Assembly: GCA_963700635.1 (NCBI GenBank)
Contig: CAVOYH010000003.1
Location: forward strand, 352,001-416,000
Direction: 5' to 3'
DNA: 64,000 bases
Source of the DNA: an uncultured Bacteroidota bacterium
GTDB taxonomy: Bacteria > Bacteroidota > Ignavibacteria > UBA10030 > UBA6906
In this document: positions 10,588 to 21,500 of the stretch, one piece after another
Position numbering within the stretch: the stretch's first letter is position 1
How the letters are laid out: each line of letters begins with the position of its first letter
Position numbers and translations under genes: made by a program
Notes under the pieces: generated by a model
Told to the model about the DNA's origin: nothing
The model's database searches: none
What the model saw: the letters and a program-made list of their open reading frames with translations, nothing else

Positions 10588-10944
10588 TTAGGCTGATTGT
10601 TTTACGGCAAAGTGCTGATCAAGAATCTCCGTAACCTGGTCGCGCGTCTGAATGCTGCTCGTCGCGCTGGCGACTTTCCCATCCTTGAAGTACACGGTAA
10701 AGGGGAGACCGCGGAAGGTGCTGCATTCGGGCAGATTACGAATCAGGTGTCCGATCGGACCATCAAACTCCATGTCCCGGAACGTCACATTCTTGTACTC
10801 TCCTTCGAGCTCCTCCATAATACCGTACACGGGGATACACATCGGACCCATGCGCCCGCAGCATACCATGACGTGTTCGTTGTTCTTGAGGGTATCGTAA
10901 AAATCCTGTTCTGTGGAAATGTGTGTCAGGTTTGTCTGCAGCAT
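10588..10944 (-). CDS. Thioredoxin-fold protein with an atypical CCGRMGPMC motif
   Basis: ATG 10944 after a GAGGA RBS; Trx-like GLPFTVYFKDG cis-Pro region; directly upstream of trxB. Confidence 0.85.
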   Translation of the reverse strand: MLQTNLTHISTEQDFYDTLKNNEHVMVCCGRMGPMCIPVYGIMEELEGEYKNVTFRDMEFDGPIGHLIRNLPECSTFRGLPFTVYFKDGKVASATSSIQTRDQVTEILDQHFAVKQSA

Positions 10945-11114
10945 GTGTTTCCTCACAGTTGTTAAGTAGCTGGTTACGTTCTGTCTATAGGATGCAGTTC
11001 GGGCGCACCGGGGGTCACACAAATGGAAGCAGAGAGTCTTTTTTGCCGTTTTTGGGGGATGCGGGGAGGCAGGGAACAGAATCCTGCACAATGCCGGGAG
11101 GTGTCCTACATAAA

Positions 11115-11142
11115 GCCGGGCCGATTCCTCGGTCGGCCCGGC
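11115..11142 (-). terminator. Probable intrinsic terminator of the DUF1059 gene
   Basis: 10-bp stem GCCGGGCCGA/TCGGCCCGGC followed by TTTAT on the minus strand. Confidence 0.6.
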
Positions 11143-11158
11143 CGATTGCCGTGCCTGA

Positions 11159-11446
11159 TTACTTCTTCGATTTCCCTGTTTTTATAACGTGTTCAGACTT
11201 CATCATCCCTCTGACATCTTTCTCTGTAACCATTTTGTTGTGATGTGTTTTTGCATGTTCAATCACAATAGCGCAGAGTTCTTTCTCGTCGTGGCTCTGG
11301 ATCATGAACCCGCATGCCGGATCACACGAGACTGATTTTAGGGTGTGTTTGTCACCCCCCTGTGTGCCCTTTTCGTCGGCGCCCTGTGTCAGCGCGATGG
11401 GCAGGGAGAGAAGTAAAAAAAGGACGAGAATCGATGAGAGTTTCAT
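11159..11446 (-). CDS. Exported DUF1059-like small metal-binding protein
   Basis: Signal peptide; C-DPA-CGF...E.EL...HAKTHH pattern; AAGGAG RBS. Confidence 0.75.
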   Translation of the reverse strand: MKLSSILVLFLLLSLPIALTQGADEKGTQGGDKHTLKSVSCDPACGFMIQSHDEKELCAIVIEHAKTHHNKMVTEKDVRGMMKSEHVIKTGKSKK

Positions 11447-11765
11447 ACTGAGCTCCTTAACGTCTTGTCAGGAATTCTGTGATTTGAGACTATCAAAAAA
11501 GATGAAAGATGTACGCTGTGGAGAGAGAGGAGGGGGGCGGGCATGGAGAGAAAAAGGAGCCGCAAGACAGACGGTACACTGTGACGCACATCCGGATGAT
11601 TCCCCGTGCATCCGCACCAATTTCACGCAATTACGCACACTTCTTGAGGTATTCCGCGCCGACTCTGCCATCCCCGCCTGCCTCATGGTGCCCGCACTTC
11701 AAAGAACGCCCGTTAGTCCTTCAGAGTGAACACAGGGATTCAAAATAATGTTCCTGTGTACGGGT

Positions 11766-13610
11766 TCACGGGACCTGTTCGATGTGCACGCTGCTATCCC
11801 ATTGCCAGAGAGGAAAAATGGACGGCACTGCAGTTATCACCCCGCCGAACCCGACGAAGCGACGTGTCACCATATTGGAGGGGTTTACATGTAGAGCCTG
11901 AAGTCGATCTTCGAAAAAGCGGACTCCTGCCTTCCGTGCGAGTTCACCCACGGCGCGATTGAGCGCCTGTTGTTGACGGTCCGCGCGGACGATACGCCGG
12001 CCAACGGCCTTGAGTGAATCAGGAGGTGGGACGCTGTCCTGGACAACAATCCGCTTCCCCAGAACCTGAAAGACGCTGAATCCTTCACGCAGCCGGACCG
12101 GTCCTCCGTACGCCCCTGAATCAGTCCACAGTGCGGCAATTCCGAGCTCCGGCATCGAGTCTACCCGGAAGAAGCCCGACTCTCCATTCCGGGATTTCCA
12201 GGCCGACCGCCGGGAAACAATTCGCGCAATGTCCGGAAACGACTCACCCCTGTCGGCCCGGTCCAGAGCACCCAACGCGATGGTCAGGCTTTCGGCAAGC
12301 ACTTCCCGGATATTCACCTCGTATGCGTGGCCAAATTCCTGCGTATGGTTCACGAGAAACGTCATCACCTCTTCATCGGTGACGTGCACCTCTTCCCGGA
12401 GGTCCCGGATGAGCGCTGACGAAGACCAGTATTCCTCCCAGATGCTGACATCGTGGCGGACAGCGGATGTGTTGTGGAGATTCTGCCGGTATCCCTCTCG
12501 TGCGAGTAACTCTGCGGCTACCATATCCTTGATCATGACGTTCAACCGATCACGAAATGGTTCCGGCTCCAGATCGTGAAAAGCAAAGTCATGGTACCGC
12601 ATGGCATCGATGACGTCCCGAACAGAAAGGTCTCCTCCGGATGCGGTAACGAGAGTGCGGTTCAGATCATTGCCCAGTGTCTGTCCCGCAGCATCAAGCT
12701 CGGGGCCCCCGAGCCGGTATCCGGCGCGTGATGCCCGGGACTGGGCATCGGTCGTCATGACGGTGTGGAGGGCGGCCGCAAAATGTTCAAACATCTCAGG
12801 GTCTGCTTCCGCGCGAAGGCGCGAGAGAATCGAACCCGAATACTGGCGGGCCCTGATCTGCTGCTTGCGCGTCCGGATAATATTCTGCACCGCATGCAGG
12901 CGGTCCGGAATGGACTTCTTCACCGCTTCCGCGTACGGGTGCTCAGTGAGCAGGGATACGACACCCCAGCCATACAGATCGCTGCGCATGACCCCCGAAA
13001 GTGTGCGCCGGGGCGTGAGCGTATAGGCAGTATCTTCAAGCGTCAGGTCAGCACTGCCGTAGGCAAGGGTAAGCGTGTCAACACGGGTCAGAAGCTGCCG
13101 GGAGACCTGCTGCAAGAGGGTATCCACCACACCGCTTTTGCGGACAGTCCTCCGGAGTTCTTCTGCTGTTTCCTTCGATGGTGAACGCATGTACAGCAAG
13201 CGGAGCTCGCGGGGATACCGTTTCATCCCCTCACCCACCTCGTTGTCAGTAATCTGAACGCGGGCGATGACTTCCCGTTTGAACAGTTCATCACGAACCA
13301 TGAGTTGTTCCAGACCTGCAACGTGTCGCCGGGTTGTTGTATCCCGGCCGAGCCCCCGGACCGCCGCCTCCTGTGCCAGCAGTTTTTCAGCAACAAGCGA
13401 CCGCAGAGCGCGGATTTTAGCGCTATCGTGATCCTGGCGACTGTCCTTTCCGGGCCACGGCATCAACTCGAGACGTTCCAGAAAGTCCCGGGCGGTGATG
13501 ACCGATGTTCCCACCGTTGCAAGTGTATCCACAGGAAGCATTCCGCCCCGCTGCGCGGCTGCTTGAGAGAGGATTCCGAAGATAAGACACAACACATTCA
13601 GTGTTTTCAC
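11766..13610 (-). CDS. Periplasmic PpiC/SurA-type peptidylprolyl isomerase chaperone
   Basis: Signal peptide; repeated LLAQEA/LLAREG helices; rotamase region GESFPDIA..S...NGESG...GPVR..GFSVF. Confidence 0.75.
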   Translation of the reverse strand: MKTLNVLCLIFGILSQAAAQRGGMLPVDTLATVGTSVITARDFLERLELMPWPGKDSRQDHDSAKIRALRSLVAEKLLAQEAAVRGLGRDTTTRRHVAGLEQLMVRDELFKREVIARVQITDNEVGEGMKRYPRELRLLYMRSPSKETAEELRRTVRKSGVVDTLLQQVSRQLLTRVDTLTLAYGSADLTLEDTAYTLTPRRTLSGVMRSDLYGWGVVSLLTEHPYAEAVKKSIPDRLHAVQNIIRTRKQQIRARQYSGSILSRLRAEADPEMFEHFAAALHTVMTTDAQSRASRAGYRLGGPELDAAGQTLGNDLNRTLVTASGGDLSVRDVIDAMRYHDFAFHDLEPEPFRDRLNVMIKDMVAAELLAREGYRQNLHNTSAVRHDVSIWEEYWSSSALIRDLREEVHVTDEEVMTFLVNHTQEFGHAYEVNIREVLAESLTIALGALDRADRGESFPDIARIVSRRSAWKSRNGESGFFRVDSMPELGIAALWTDSGAYGGPVRLREGFSVFQVLGKRIVVQDSVPPPDSLKAVGRRIVRADRQQQALNRAVGELARKAGVRFFEDRLQALHVNPSNMVTRRFVGFGGVITAVPSIFPLWQWDSSVHIEQVP

Positions 13611-13764
13611 GCGTAATTCCCTGGCACCATATGAATGATCCTGTTTCTCTCAAAATATACGGACTCTTCCTGAAGAACTCCACCTTCACAGGAAACAGAA
13701 GGGGGGCAACTTTTTAGGTGTTGATCCGTATATATCGAAAGGACAACGACTCACGGGGTGAGAT

Positions 13765-14205
13765 ATGGCGTTTCGGAGGCAGCAGGATGTCGAAGAACTG
13801 ACGTCCAGGGTAAGGGAAAATATGAAGCGATGGGGGATCACCGTGTCGTTTCTTGCCGGACAGCTTGGCGTTTCGCGCCAGTACGCCTGGCAGGTAGTCC
13901 ATTACCGCGCGCCCCTGTCCACGGAAAAAGCGGCAGAAATCGAGCGGGTGGTGGATACGATTATCGTGCAACGCCGTCATATTCGTTCTTTCGGTGAGCA
14001 GCTACGCGCGGCGCGTATCGCCTCCGGACTCACACTGAAGCAGGTGGCGGATATGATAGGGTATTCATGGGTGGGCGTTGAGCGGTGGGAAAAAAATATC
14101 TGTCGCCCCAAGCCCGGTGTGTTGTGGCATCTGTTTATGCTGTACGGGGATTCTTCTCATTCCATACGTCAAGGAATGCCACCGCTCGTCGCAAGTGCGG
14201 AATAA
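13765..14205 (+). CDS. XRE-family regulator with two HTH domains
   Basis: LAGQLGVSRQY and FGEQLRAARIASGLTLKQVADMIGYSWVGVERWE. Confidence 0.8.
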   Translation: MAFRRQQDVEELTSRVRENMKRWGITVSFLAGQLGVSRQYAWQVVHYRAPLSTEKAAEIERVVDTIIVQRRHIRSFGEQLRAARIASGLTLKQVADMIGYSWVGVERWEKNICRPKPGVLWHLFMLYGDSSHSIRQGMPPLVASAE

Positions 14206-14494
14206 CAATTGATCCCCCGACAACCAGCGCAACACTAAACGCATCCATCACCTCAGCATCCGTCACACCCTCTTCCTTGCATCGTTGGACGTGGTAGGCA
14301 ATGCAGTCATCACACCGCAGCACCGCGGAGGCCACAAGGCCGAGAAGCTCTTTGGTGCGCACATCAAGCGCACCCGGTTCATACGTCAGCGTATCCACCC
14401 CGAAAAACCGCTTGATCGCGCGATGATCCGTCGAAAGGATCCGGGCGTTCATCCTGCTCCGGAATTCGTTAAATTCATCCACTCTGTCAGCCAT
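14135..14494 (-). CDS. Carboxymuconolactone decarboxylase / AhpD family protein
   Basis: GALDVRTKELLGL..S..LRCDDCIAYH, VGGSIVIPH; AAGGAG RBS. Confidence 0.9.
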   Translation of the reverse strand: MADRVDEFNEFRSRMNARILSTDHRAIKRFFGVDTLTYEPGALDVRTKELLGLVASAVLRCDDCIAYHVQRCKEEGVTDAEVMDAFSVALVVGGSIVIPHLRRAVAFLDVWNEKNPRTA

Positions 14495-14503
14495 AATGTC
14501 TCC

Positions 14504-17500
14504 TTAGTCGCCCCGCCGGTGCGGAGGTTGTTCTTCAAAGCGGACTTCAAAGCGTGTTCCATGATCCCGGCACACCGTGAGAATCCCCCCTATCTGGCGG
14601 GTCAGCGTGCTCACCAGTTGCAGACCAAGAGTTTCTGTGGTGGCAGGGTCCACCTCCGGAGGAAGCCCGACACCGTTGTCCTGCACCGTAAGAAGAAACT
14701 CGGTGTTGTCACGTTGCAGACGGATCGTAACAGTACTGCCCTCACCCCCCCGGAAGGCATGCTTCAAGGCATTGGAAACAAGCTCGTTGATCATCAGTCC
14801 GCACGGAATTGCCGTGTCCACCGTAAGGTACACTTCTTCCACATCCACCAGCAGTGAAACAGGAACTGGACCGGTCCGGTAGGTATGGAACAGATTGGTC
14901 GTCAGACGCCGGATGTAGTCCGCAAAATCGACCCTGGAGAGGTCCTCTGATTGGTAGAGCTCTTCATGGACGAGCGCCATGGATTTGACACGAGTCTGAC
15001 TTTCTTTCAGAATTGCCTGGATCTCCTCATTCGGGATTTTGGCGCTTTGCAGACTCAGCAGGCTGGTAATGATCTGAAGATTATTCTTGACCCTGTGGTG
15101 GATTTCTTTGAGGAGAATTTCCTTTTCCTCGAGAGAAGCCTTGATCTTGTTCTCCGTCTCTCTCCGCTCCGTGATTTCCCGGGCCACGCCAACAAGCGCG
15201 ACGGGCTGTCCCTGGTCATTCCGCACGGTGGACGTCCACAACTCGGCCGGGAATTCCTCACCATTCTTCCGTCGATTTATCACTTCTCCACTCCACCCCG
15301 ACCCACGGGTCCCGACACGGATACTCTCGGCTAATTCAGGGGGGGTCTTGGGGGACCGCACGATCATGACGTTTTTGCCGTTCAGCTCCTCCTCTGTGTA
15401 CCCGTAGGTGTCGACAAATGCCTGATTGACATACAGAATCAGATCGTCAAGATCGGTGATGACAAATGCATCTTTTGCACAGTTGAGCGTAAATGCAAGG
15501 AGCCGGAGTTGGCGCTCGGCCTGTTCTGTTTCACGGCGCGCAAGTTCGCGTTCTGTGATATCTTCACCGATCAGCAGCATTCCTTGCACAAGGCCTGTGC
15601 TTTCGTTCTGGGGGGAGAATGTCACCCTCAGCGTGCGACTGCGGCCGTCCTTATGAACAAAGGGCATCACTTGCACGACGGTCTCCTGCCCCCCCAGAAC
15701 CCGCATCGACACATCTACCAGGGCCTCACGGTGAGCAGGATCGTCGGAAGGTAAGAAGTGCTCAAGCGTGATTCGACCCACGGCTTCATCGGAGTTGAAA
15801 CCCAGCACATTGTAGGCTCCCGCATTCCAGAACCGAACCAATCCCTGGCGATCCGTGCTGATGATCGCTACCGTTGTGGAACTCTCGAGAATTTGCTGGA
15901 GGAATTGGACCGTGCTGCGGAGCGTCGCCTCCAGCTGTTTGCGTTCAGTCACATCCCGTGTGGAAAATGTGATTCGTGTTGCCTCCCCCCGGGGGTCCGG
16001 AACAGGGTGAAGGCTGTGCTCGAAGTGCTTCCCATCATGCTGATCTTCCAGCCGCAGAGCTTGTCCGCTCTGAATTACCTGCTCCATGGCAATCCGGCGT
16101 GAATCTACAAGAGCCGGGGGGATACGGGAGAAAAAGGATGATCCTGCCGGCGGGGCACCCGGTCGCGACCGGGCAGCCTGGTTTATGGCGAGCACTTTGC
16201 CGGTCGAATCGAGAAGATATGACGGATCAGCCGAAGCGTCCAACAGCGCCCGCGAAGTCTCATCCGTGATGCGGGTATCTGTCCGTTGACGGGTACGCCG
16301 GCGGAGTACTACCCAGCCCAGAGCAACAGTCGAACTTGCAAGAAAAATCAGGAGGAGCGCGAAGGCGGGTTGCAGAAACAGCGGAGACACAACCACAAAT
16401 CGAAGCACGGCACCGGAGGGATCAAATGACCCGTAAAGATCTTTCGCCTGGACAACGAAGGTGTGGTCGCCGGCTTCAAGTTCTTCGGCTACTGTCTCAC
16501 GGTGTCCCGACCAGGCACTCCATGGACCATCGTCGATGCGGAATCGAGTTTCCAGACCATCCGTCGACTGTTCGCCCCACCATGGATACGCATACCATCG
16601 GATGTGCGCGTGGTTCTCTTCAATGACCGGTTCCGCGAACACAATCCGGATGTGCGCCAGAGAATCCGTCGGCCTGTGCAGAATTGCAGTTCCGCCCCCC
16701 ACCGAACCGAGGTAGACGCGGGAGTCTTCAGGCAAGACCGGCCAGAGTGCCGTATGGGTCAACCCCGTACCGCCGTCAAACGTCGTCCATACACCATGGT
16801 AGAGACTGCTCGCCCCTCCCCGTGTCGAGATCCAGAGTCTGCCTGAATTCTCCCCGGCTACTTCCCAGACTCCATCATTGGCTAAACCATCAGCTGTTGT
16901 CAGATACCGGAACTGACCATTGGTGAATGAGCCCAGACCATGAACTTGATCGCCAAACCAGATTTCACCATCATGAGGTGCAAAAAGGGTAAACACACGG
17001 TCACTCCGCAACCCATCGCGCGTCGCCCAATGTTTCCAAACGCCCTTCGTCCATCGACTCAACCCCTTGATCGTGCCAAACCAGTACGTGCCCTCTGCTG
17101 ATTCGTCCATGGCATAGACGCTCGTGTGGAGGGGTTCATGTTCTTCACCCCACATCTCAAATCGATGTCCATCCCAGCGAAAGACCCCCGAACGTTGTAA
17201 CGACTTCTGTTGTGAGGTCATGCCGGTTTCCAGACCCAGGAACCAGAGGGTATTGCTCCGGTCACGAATGATACGATGGTAGAACCGGGAGTCCAGACCT
17301 TCCGCAGGTCCATACCGCGTCCATCGTTCCCCATCAAAACAGAAGGCTCCGGTGAATGCAGATCCGCTGGTCACCCACACATTCCCCTGCAGGTCCTCCA
17401 TGAGGCCCGTAATAGTACGAATCGGCAATCCATCAACAGAGGATATCTTCGAGCCTGCCCCCTGGCCTTCGTGAATTTCGATACCGCCCGTCGTGCCAAC

Positions 17501-18556
17501 CCAGAGTGATCCATCCCGACGCCTGAGAATCTCCAGCACCGCTGTCGCGGGTACAGGTGGATGCGGGCGATAGTACACCCACCGCCGTGCCGAGAGCCGG
17601 CACAGGTGCAGGCCATTGGACTTGCCAACCCAGAGATCTCCGTTCACACGAAATTGCGCGAACGCAGATCCGACGAATGCGGGAGGGGACTGCATCGCGT
17701 AAGGCGGGCTGGATTTCCTGTAGGTACGAAGAAGCCCCGTTTCTTCAATGTGTGTCAGCTCTCCCCGGGCTCCAATGAGAATATACGGAATGGCCTCCAG
17801 ACCGTTTTCAGTTAGTCGATGGGGAGGACCGCCCCGTTCCCACGTCCAAAACCCGGCCTTGTCAGCCGGCTGTACCACCAGGGCGCCACCATTGTGGTGG
17901 GCATCTTCGGTAAACCGTGCAATCTCAGTGGGAATCCCTCCGAACCCCAGGAATTTTGTCCACTGCTTCCCATCACCCAGATACAGTCCGAGCGATGTGT
18001 TCACCCAGACCCGACCCGCAGACCATGACCTGACGTCACTCAGTACAAACTCATGAGAACTCTCTAGTCTTGGCGCAGGCTCCAGAACAGATCCATGCAA
18101 CAGATAGGGAATTCCATCGGCGGTCAGGAGCATAAAACGACCCGAGGGCAGAAGAGCGCCGGAAGTGAACGGGGGCCGGGAAGTATCCGGGTCTATGACA
18201 AGCTCTTTGAAACCCGCCCTATTGCCAAGATAGATACTCCTGCCCATAACGACCAGCACATTCGTATCCCGGTCGGCGAGCATAAAGGTACCCCTTCCGG
18301 CAGGCAGCCCCTGGCGCGGACCAACCGGATTCCAGAGATATCCGTCGAACCATGCAAGCCCGCGCGCAGTCGAGACCCATGGTACATTGTTCGACGTTTC
18401 AAGGAGAGCAAGGACCCTGTTTGACGGGAGTCCGTGCTCCACCGTAAACGTGGTCCACCGCCATACATCATGGAGACCATCGATTTGCGCGGGAAGGGAC
18501 GTTGCGAAGAGCGAACAAAGCGTAACGACACCCACGAACTTCGACCGGGTGGACAC
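14504..18556 (-). CDS. Membrane sensor histidine kinase: periplasmic Reg_prop beta-propeller and Y_Y_Y-like domain, TM, three PAS domains, HisKA_2/HATPase
   Basis: Signal peptide; GLPSNRV-type propeller repeats; PAS/PAC ends RDVTERK, EDITERE, REITERR; EIHHRVKNNLQ H-box; NELVSNALKHAF, DNGVG. Confidence 0.9.
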   Translation of the reverse strand: MSTRSKFVGVVTLCSLFATSLPAQIDGLHDVWRWTTFTVEHGLPSNRVLALLETSNNVPWVSTARGLAWFDGYLWNPVGPRQGLPAGRGTFMLADRDTNVLVVMGRSIYLGNRAGFKELVIDPDTSRPPFTSGALLPSGRFMLLTADGIPYLLHGSVLEPAPRLESSHEFVLSDVRSWSAGRVWVNTSLGLYLGDGKQWTKFLGFGGIPTEIARFTEDAHHNGGALVVQPADKAGFWTWERGGPPHRLTENGLEAIPYILIGARGELTHIEETGLLRTYRKSSPPYAMQSPPAFVGSAFAQFRVNGDLWVGKSNGLHLCRLSARRWVYYRPHPPVPATAVLEILRRRDGSLWVGTTGGIEIHEGQGAGSKISSVDGLPIRTITGLMEDLQGNVWVTSGSAFTGAFCFDGERWTRYGPAEGLDSRFYHRIIRDRSNTLWFLGLETGMTSQQKSLQRSGVFRWDGHRFEMWGEEHEPLHTSVYAMDESAEGTYWFGTIKGLSRWTKGVWKHWATRDGLRSDRVFTLFAPHDGEIWFGDQVHGLGSFTNGQFRYLTTADGLANDGVWEVAGENSGRLWISTRGGASSLYHGVWTTFDGGTGLTHTALWPVLPEDSRVYLGSVGGGTAILHRPTDSLAHIRIVFAEPVIEENHAHIRWYAYPWWGEQSTDGLETRFRIDDGPWSAWSGHRETVAEELEAGDHTFVVQAKDLYGSFDPSGAVLRFVVVSPLFLQPAFALLLIFLASSTVALGWVVLRRRTRQRTDTRITDETSRALLDASADPSYLLDSTGKVLAINQAARSRPGAPPAGSSFFSRIPPALVDSRRIAMEQVIQSGQALRLEDQHDGKHFEHSLHPVPDPRGEATRITFSTRDVTERKQLEATLRSTVQFLQQILESSTTVAIISTDRQGLVRFWNAGAYNVLGFNSDEAVGRITLEHFLPSDDPAHREALVDVSMRVLGGQETVVQVMPFVHKDGRSRTLRVTFSPQNESTGLVQGMLLIGEDITERELARRETEQAERQLRLLAFTLNCAKDAFVITDLDDLILYVNQAFVDTYGYTEEELNGKNVMIVRSPKTPPELAESIRVGTRGSGWSGEVINRRKNGEEFPAELWTSTVRNDQGQPVALVGVAREITERRETENKIKASLEEKEILLKEIHHRVKNNLQIITSLLSLQSAKIPNEEIQAILKESQTRVKSMALVHEELYQSEDLSRVDFADYIRRLTTNLFHTYRTGPVPVSLLVDVEEVYLTVDTAIPCGLMINELVSNALKHAFRGGEGSTVTIRLQRDNTEFLLTVQDNGVGLPPEVDPATTETLGLQLVSTLTRQIGGILTVCRDHGTRFEVRFEEQPPHRRGD

Positions 18557-18557
18557 G

Positions 18558-21500
18558 TTAGAGCTCCGTCGGAAAAGTTATTGAAAAAGTTGTTCCACTA
18601 CCGCGGATCAGGTCGATCGTTCCGTTGATCTGTGCCGTCAATGTATTCACAAGCTGCATCCCCAGCGTGTTGGTCTTTCGAAAATCCATCTCGGCCGGAA
18701 AACCCACCCCGGTATCATGCACGGTAAGGACGGCGTTCTTGCCTTGTGACACCGACATGCTGATTTTTATCTCCCCCTGTACACCGCCGACAAAAGCATA
18801 CTTCAGCGCGTTGGAAACAAGCTCATTGATGATCAGTCCGCACGGAATGGCGGCCGTTACGGGCAGACTGATGTGTTCAAGCAGCGTCACCAGTCGAACC
18901 CCCGTCGGTTTGTATGAGCGTATCAGATAGCTGCAGAGACTTCTGACATAGTTCTCAAAGTCGATATTGGCCAGGTTCTTTGATTGATACAGGCGTTCGT
19001 GAATGAGTGCCATCGAACGGATTCGATGCTGGCTTTCCCGGAGCTGTTCGAGTGCACGATGGTCCGATACTTCGGCGGACTGCAGATTGAGCAGACTGGA
19101 GATAACCTGGAGGTTGTTCTTGACCCTGTGGTGTATCTCTTTGAGGAGGACTTCCTTTTCCTTCAAGGAGGTGGCAATCAGAGCCTCGTTGCGTTTTCTC
19201 GATGTAATGTTCGTCATCGTGCCGAGCATCCGCTTTACAACCCCTTCTGATCCATCAAGAAAGACTCCGTTGTCAAAAATGTCGACATACGTGCCGTCTT
19301 TATGAAGGAACTGGTATTCAATATCATAATGTTTGTGTGAAGTCATAGCGGTGTTCAGCGCCGCCAATGCAGCGTCCCGATCATCCGGGTGGATCATCTC
19401 CTCCCAGCGTTTGATCGTCACGGTCTGAAATTCCTGATTGGTGTATCCGGTCACATCCGTGATCGCTCCGTACCAGGCAATATCACCGGAAGCGACATCG
19501 TAGTCATAGATCAGCTGTCCGGTTTGTTCCGCCAGCACCCGGTACCGTTCTTCGCTCATCGCCAGATCCCGCTCGGCTTGTTTTCTGTCGGTGATGTCGC
19601 GCCCGACCACCTGAAGTTCCTGTACCTCTTCCCGCTCGTTCGTGATGGCATCGGCAATCCACCGTATCCAGCGGGCTGTCCCGTCGTTCGACGTGAATGA
19701 AACATCCAATTCACGGGGGAACGAAGCTGTGGGCGCTTCATACAGGGCAGCGAGCGTATTGTCCGAAGGATCGGTCCTGAAGACGGAGAAGAGTGTTTGC
19801 CCGATAAGCTCTTCACGGGAACGCCCCAGCAAAGTGCACACGGCTTCGTTCACAAACGAAAGCCGCCCGTCCGGAAGAGTCCTCACGATCAGATCAATCT
19901 GCTGGTCAACCACAGCCCGGTATCGTTCATCACGCGCGCGTAACTGGTTAAGGTGCTCCCGTTTCTTGCGGCTGAGACGTATGGCAAGGATCATGAGCAG
20001 AATCGAGAGCACCCCCATGGGAACGAGAAACTGAGGATTCAAAAAGAACGGGGGCGGCACCTCAAAATGCAGAACTGGGGGGCTGTTATCGACCTGTGCA
20101 AGCATTCCGCGAGCCTGGACTTCGAACGTGTGCTTGCCGGACGAGAGGTTCGCAATGTCAGCGGTACCGGAAACATCCCAGGGCGACCACTTCTCCCGGT
20201 CCACCCGGTAACGGGTTTCTACCTCCGCCGCCGGGAGAAATTCCCTGGACGCAAAGGTCTGCCATGCGAAATGAACGATGTCGCCCCGATGAACCGGCTC
20301 TTGATAACGGACGATCGGTGGCGGACCTTCGAGCACGCCGACGTCAAGAATCATCACCCCGGAATAACTGGTCCCGACGAAGAGCCTCTTCCCTTTCATC
20401 TCCAATGGCCAGAGACTCGGATTCCGCAGTCCTTCTCTTTGACCAAAAAGAGACCACGCCCCGTGATCATGGACCGCCAGCCCCTCCCGTGTTGCCACCC
20501 AGAGCCGGCCGGAATAATCAACGAGCAGATCCCACACTGATTGGGGAGGAATAGCGTCTTCGGGCGTAGCGTACACAGGAACATCAAGAGAATCAATATA
20601 CCCCAGTCCATTCGACTGATGCCCGAACCAGAGGCGATTGTCTTTGTCGACAGCAAGTGTGAACACCCGGTTCGAACGCAGACCGTTCTCCACGTTCCAA
20701 TAGGTCCACGCATTTCCCTTCTTCCGTGCCAGGCCCCTGAGACCCCCGAACCAGTATGCACCCGAGGAATCGTGTGCCAGCGCATAGACCCTCCCGCGCA
20801 ACATCCCCTCCGGTTCGGCCACACGCACAAACCGCTTTCCATCATAAACGTATGGGCCATCTTCGGGGGTTTGCGAAACTCCGGGAGCCAACCGGCTGAT
20901 TGTCAGAAACCAGAGATTTCCGTTCCGATCGTTTGTGATCCTGTGGACACTGTTGTCTGTAAACCCTTCACGCGATCCGTAATGCCTCCATGAATTTCCA
21001 TCCCAGCGGAAGGCGCCGCCAAACGAGGCACCGCTGGATACCCATATGTTGCCCCGGACATCTTCTGCCAACCCCGTGACAATACCGAGGGATACCCCAT
21101 TGATCTCCCGGAGATGCCGATCGAGAGTGCTATCCCGGTACACGCGGATCCCTTCCGATGACCCTATCCACGATGATCCATCCCGGGAAAACAACAATTC
21201 GTTGATGGCGTTTGACCGGGTTCGGTCTGACTGAAAGAGCGACTTCCAGATTTGAGATGACAACCGACACACGTAGACACCGTTGGATTTGGCAATCCAG
21301 AGATCTCCCCGGGAATCAAAATAGACCCCGATAGCACCGAGCATGGCCGGAGGAACAGACGGTATCTTCTGCCATGTCGTTCCCACCCGGACACTGATAT
21401 CACCCGACGATTGTATTACAAGGAACGATCCATCGGGGTGAATGCCGAGAGAGGTGAAGGTTTCGACCGGTTCCACCTGGGTCCTCCGCACCGTCCCTCC

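Noticed and set aside
10945-11091. Cys-rich N-terminal extension of the thioredoxin ORF
   Set aside because: There is a good RBS before ATG 10944, and the extension looks like intergenic sequence.
15060-19170. Repeated nucleotide stretch TTCTTGACCCTGTGGTG near 15084 and 19117
   Set aside because: It is the shared H-box coding sequence (HHRVKN) of the two paralogous kinases, not a mobile-element repeat.
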